A DNA stretch of 64,000 nt from Rikenellaceae bacterium (lineage in GTDB: Bacteria > Bacteroidota > Bacteroidia > Bacteroidales > Rikenellaceae). Both the position numbers and the translations under genes were made by a program. The notes beneath the pieces are model-generated. The model was not told the origin of the DNA. It worked only from the letters and a program-made list of their open reading frames with translations, and ran no database searches. The stretch spans positions 27,891 through 91,890 of the forward strand of contig SUZL01000005.1 in the NCBI GenBank assembly GCA_015059925.1, written 5' to 3'. Shown here piece by piece: positions 61,037-64,000 of this stretch (positions are counted from its first letter, which is position 1; each line of letters opens with the position of its first letter).

Positions 61037-62857
61037 ATGAAACATCAGTTACGAAGTGCCATCACGACCGTAGGCCGCCGAATGGCAGGAGCCAGAAGCC
61101 TGTGGAGGGCTAACGGAATGAAAAAAGAGCAGATGGGACAGCCCGTGATCGGAATCGCCAATTCGTTCACGCAGATGGTGCCCGGACACGTTCATCTGCA
61201 CCAGATAGGACAATACGTCAAGAGCCTGATCGAGGCCGAAGGTTGCTTTGCCGCAGAGTTCAACACCATAGCAATCGACGACGGAATCGCAATGGGCCAC
61301 GACGGTATGTTGTACTCGCTGCCCTCGCGCGATATTATCGCCGACTCGGTGGAGTATATGGCAAACGCACACAAGGTCGATGCGCTGGTCTGCATCAGCA
61401 ACTGCGACAAGATTACGCCGGGAATGTTGATGGCAGCGATGCGACTGAACATTCCCACCGTATTTGTATCGGGAGGTCCGATGGAGGCGGGATTGTTCCG
61501 CGGACGCGGGGCCGACCTGATTGATGCAATGGTGTTGAGTGCTGACGACAAGTGTACGGACGAGGAGGCTGACGAGATTGAGGCTTCGGCTTGTCCGGGA
61601 TGCGGATCGTGCTCGGGAATGTTTACGGCAAACTCGATGAACTGTCTGAATGAGGCTATCGGCTTGGCACTGCCCGGCAACGGCACGATCGTGGCGACAC
61701 ACCGAAATCGCAAGGCACTCTTCGAGAAGGCGGCGAAGCTGATTGTCGAGAATGCACGCCGATACTACTTCGAGGGAGATGAGTCGGTGCTACCGCGCTC
61801 GATCGCTACGAAGGCGGCATTTGAGAATGCAATGTCGCTCGATATTGCGATGGGAGGCTCGACAAATACGGTGCTGCACCTGCTGGCGGTAGCACACGAG
61901 GCGGGAGTGGATTTCACGATGGCCGATATTGACCGCCTCTCGCGCAAGATTCCCGTGCTGTGCAAGGTTGCGCCCAACGGACACTACCACGTTCAGGATG
62001 TGAACCGCGCAGGCGGTATTATGGGAATTATGGGCGAATTGGCGAAGAATGGTCTTATCGACACTACGGCGAAGCGTGTGGATTTCTCTTCGCTCGAGGA
62101 GGCACTTGACAAATACTATTACGGATCGGAGAATTTCTCGCAGGAGGCTCGCAAGATATATCTGAGTGCCCCCGCAAACCGTTACAGCCGCGAGATGGCG
62201 TCGCAGGAGTGCTACTACGAGGCGATGGACGAGGATCACGCATCGGGTTGCATACGCGATATGGAGAACGCATACTTCCGCGACGGAGGTCTGGCCGTGC
62301 TGACGGGAAACATCGCACGCAAGGGTTGCATCGTAAAGACGGCCGGCGTAGCCGAGGAGCTGATGCAGTTCAGCGGTCGGGCGAAGGTGTTTGAGTCGCA
62401 GGAGCAGGCGATGAACGGCATACTCGGCGGCGAGGTGGAGGCTGGCGATGTGGTGGTGATTCGCTACGAGGGCCCGAAGGGTGGCCCGGGTATGCAGGAG
62501 ATGCTCTACCCCACTTCGTACCTCAAGTCGAAGCATTTGGACAAGGCGTGTGCGCTGATTACCGACGGCCGCTTCTCGGGCGGAACATCGGGTCTGTCGA
62601 TTGGGCACGTCTCGCCTGAGGCTGCTTCGGGTGGCGAGATTGGTATCATAAGAAATGGAGATTGGATTGATATTGACATTGCGGCCCGTTCGATCAATCT
62701 GCGCATTACGGAGAAGGAGATGGCAGAGCGTATGGCCGCGTGGAGCGTTCGCAAGCCCGTAGGCCGCGATCGCGTGGTGCCGCAGTCGCTCAGGGCATAT
62801 TCGCTGCTGGTGTCGTCGGCCGATCAGGGTGCCGTAAGAATCGTTCCCGAGGAGTAA
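61037..62857 (+). CDS. ilvD: Dihydroxy-acid dehydratase
   Basis: [51 protein letters not shown]. Confidence 0.98.
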   Translation: MKHQLRSAITTVGRRMAGARSLWRANGMKKEQMGQPVIGIANSFTQMVPGHVHLHQIGQYVKSLIEAEGCFAAEFNTIAIDDGIAMGHDGMLYSLPSRDIIADSVEYMANAHKVDALVCISNCDKITPGMLMAAMRLNIPTVFVSGGPMEAGLFRGRGADLIDAMVLSADDKCTDEEADEIEASACPGCGSCSGMFTANSMNCLNEAIGLALPGNGTIVATHRNRKALFEKAAKLIVENARRYYFEGDESVLPRSIATKAAFENAMSLDIAMGGSTNTVLHLLAVAHEAGVDFTMADIDRLSRKIPVLCKVAPNGHYHVQDVNRAGGIMGIMGELAKNGLIDTTAKRVDFSSLEEALDKYYYGSENFSQEARKIYLSAPANRYSREMASQECYYEAMDEDHASGCIRDMENAYFRDGGLAVLTGNIARKGCIVKTAGVAEELMQFSGRAKVFESQEQAMNGILGGEVEAGDVVVIRYEGPKGGPGMQEMLYPTSYLKSKHLDKACALITDGRFSGGTSGLSIGHVSPEAASGGEIGIIRNGDWIDIDIAARSINLRITEKEMAERMAAWSVRKPVGRDRVVPQSLRAYSLLVSSADQGAVRIVPEE

Positions 62858-62883
62858 AAATTAAGAAACTACAACCTAACGAT

Positions 62884-64000
62884 ATGGCTTTTTCAGGTTT
62901 TTCAGATAATACCCCCGTTACCCCTAAAAAGGATTTGCCCTGCATCAGCGGCTCGGAGGCGGTGATCCGCTCATTTATGGCCGAGGGTGTGGAGACAATT
63001 TTCGGATATCCGGGCGGAGCGATAATACCCGTCTATGATGCGTTATACGACTATCGTGATCGGCTGAACCACATATTGGTTCGCCACGAGCAGTGCGCCA
63101 TTCACGCTGCGCAGGGTTATGCCCGCGCCACGGGACGTACGGGAGTCTGCATCGTAACATCGGGCCCGGGTGCGACGAACACCGTGACGGGATTGGCCGA
63201 TGCGATGCTCGACTCGACACCCATCGTGCTCATAAGCGGACAGGTGGCATCATCGACACTCGGAACGGATGCCTTTCAGGAGATCAACTTCATCGAGATC
63301 ACAAACTCGGTAACGAAGTGGAATTGTCAAGTAAAGCGCGCCGAGGATATTCCGGAGGCTATTGCCCGCGCATTCTACATCGCTTCGTCGGGCCGTCCGG
63401 GCCCCGTAGTGGTCGATATTACGAAGGATGCGCAGAACGGATTGGTGGATTTCGAGTATAAGCCGATGAAGTTTATCCGCAGCTATCAGCCCTACGCCGA
63501 GATTGACAACGACCAGATATTGGAGGCGGCACGCCTCGTAAACCTCTCGCGCAAGCCGATGGCGCTCATCGGACAGGGCGTGATCTTGGGCGGTGCGGAG
63601 CAGGAGCTGAAAGAGTTTCTCGAAAAGAGCGGAATACCCGCAGCTTCGACTCTGCTCGGATTGTCGGCACTGCCGACCGACCATCCGCAGTATGTGGGAA
63701 TGCTCGGTATGCACGGCAACTACGCCCCCAACATCAAGAACCGCGACTGCGATCTGCTCATCGCCATAGGAATGCGTTTCGACGACCGCGTAACGGGCGA
63801 TCCCTCGAAGTTCGGTATCAACGCCAAGATTATACATATGGAGATTGATCCTGCCGAGGTGAATAAACTGGTCTATGCCGATGTGGCTGTGGTGGGCGAT
63901 GTGAAGCAGACGCTGCCACTGCTGACCGAGAAGATAGCGAAAAACGATCACTCGGCGTGGATCGACGAGTTCCGCGTATGCGCCAACATCGAGCGCGAGG
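62884..64000 (+). CDS. ilvB: Acetolactate synthase large subunit (3' end outside the window)
   Basis: Hand translation MAFSGF..GSEAVIRS..IFGYPGGAIIPVYD..VRHEQ..TSGPGATN..GMLGMHG..GMRFDDRVTG. Confidence 0.96.
   Translation, partial: MAFSGFSDNTPVTPKKDLPCISGSEAVIRSFMAEGVETIFGYPGGAIIPVYDALYDYRDRLNHILVRHEQCAIHAAQGYARATGRTGVCIVTSGPGATNTVTGLADAMLDSTPIVLISGQVASSTLGTDAFQEINFIEITNSVTKWNCQVKRAEDIPEAIARAFYIASSGRPGPVVVDITKDAQNGLVDFEYKPMKFIRSYQPYAEIDNDQILEAARLVNLSRKPMALIGQGVILGGAEQELKEFLEKSGIPAASTLLGLSALPTDHPQYVGMLGMHGNYAPNIKNRDCDLLIAIGMRFDDRVTGDPSKFGINAKIIHMEIDPAEVNKLVYADVAVVGDVKQTLPLLTEKIAKNDHSAWIDEFRVCANIERE

Overview
Chromosomal backbone of a roughly 55% GC Bacteroidota genome, most likely Rikenellaceae/Alistipes-like (inferred from gene content, TAnnTTTG promoters and lack of Shine-Dalgarno sites). 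About 55 genes, mostly housekeeping: rng, HU, dsbD, tsaE, porX, mutL, dnaJ/grpE, murF-alr, mutS2, mce/amidase/lptD, suf accessory genes, secA, ssb, lpxK, ispD, luxS/mtnN, ilvD/ilvB. No rRNA, tRNA, CRISPR array, integrase or transposase was seen. The one accessory block (9.6-21 kb) is the best candidate for an undescribed system: five surface lipoproteins (fimbrillin-like, DUF4493-like, PCMD) divergently paired with two paralogous beta-barrels, resembling a type V pilus-like assembly with GC-mosaic distal domains. Other notable signals: (i) an Ile/Leu/Val leader-peptide attenuator upstream of ilvD-ilvB, missed by the ORF track; (ii) a strand-independent GC-skew inversion at about 42 kb with the polarity of a replication origin; (iii) a catalytically degenerate PafA-like phosphatase near secA; (iv) a YjbH/SpxH-like protein; (v) a 29-aa bS22-like ribosomal protein gene, also missed by the ORF track. 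All family assignments come from motif recognition; no database search was run.
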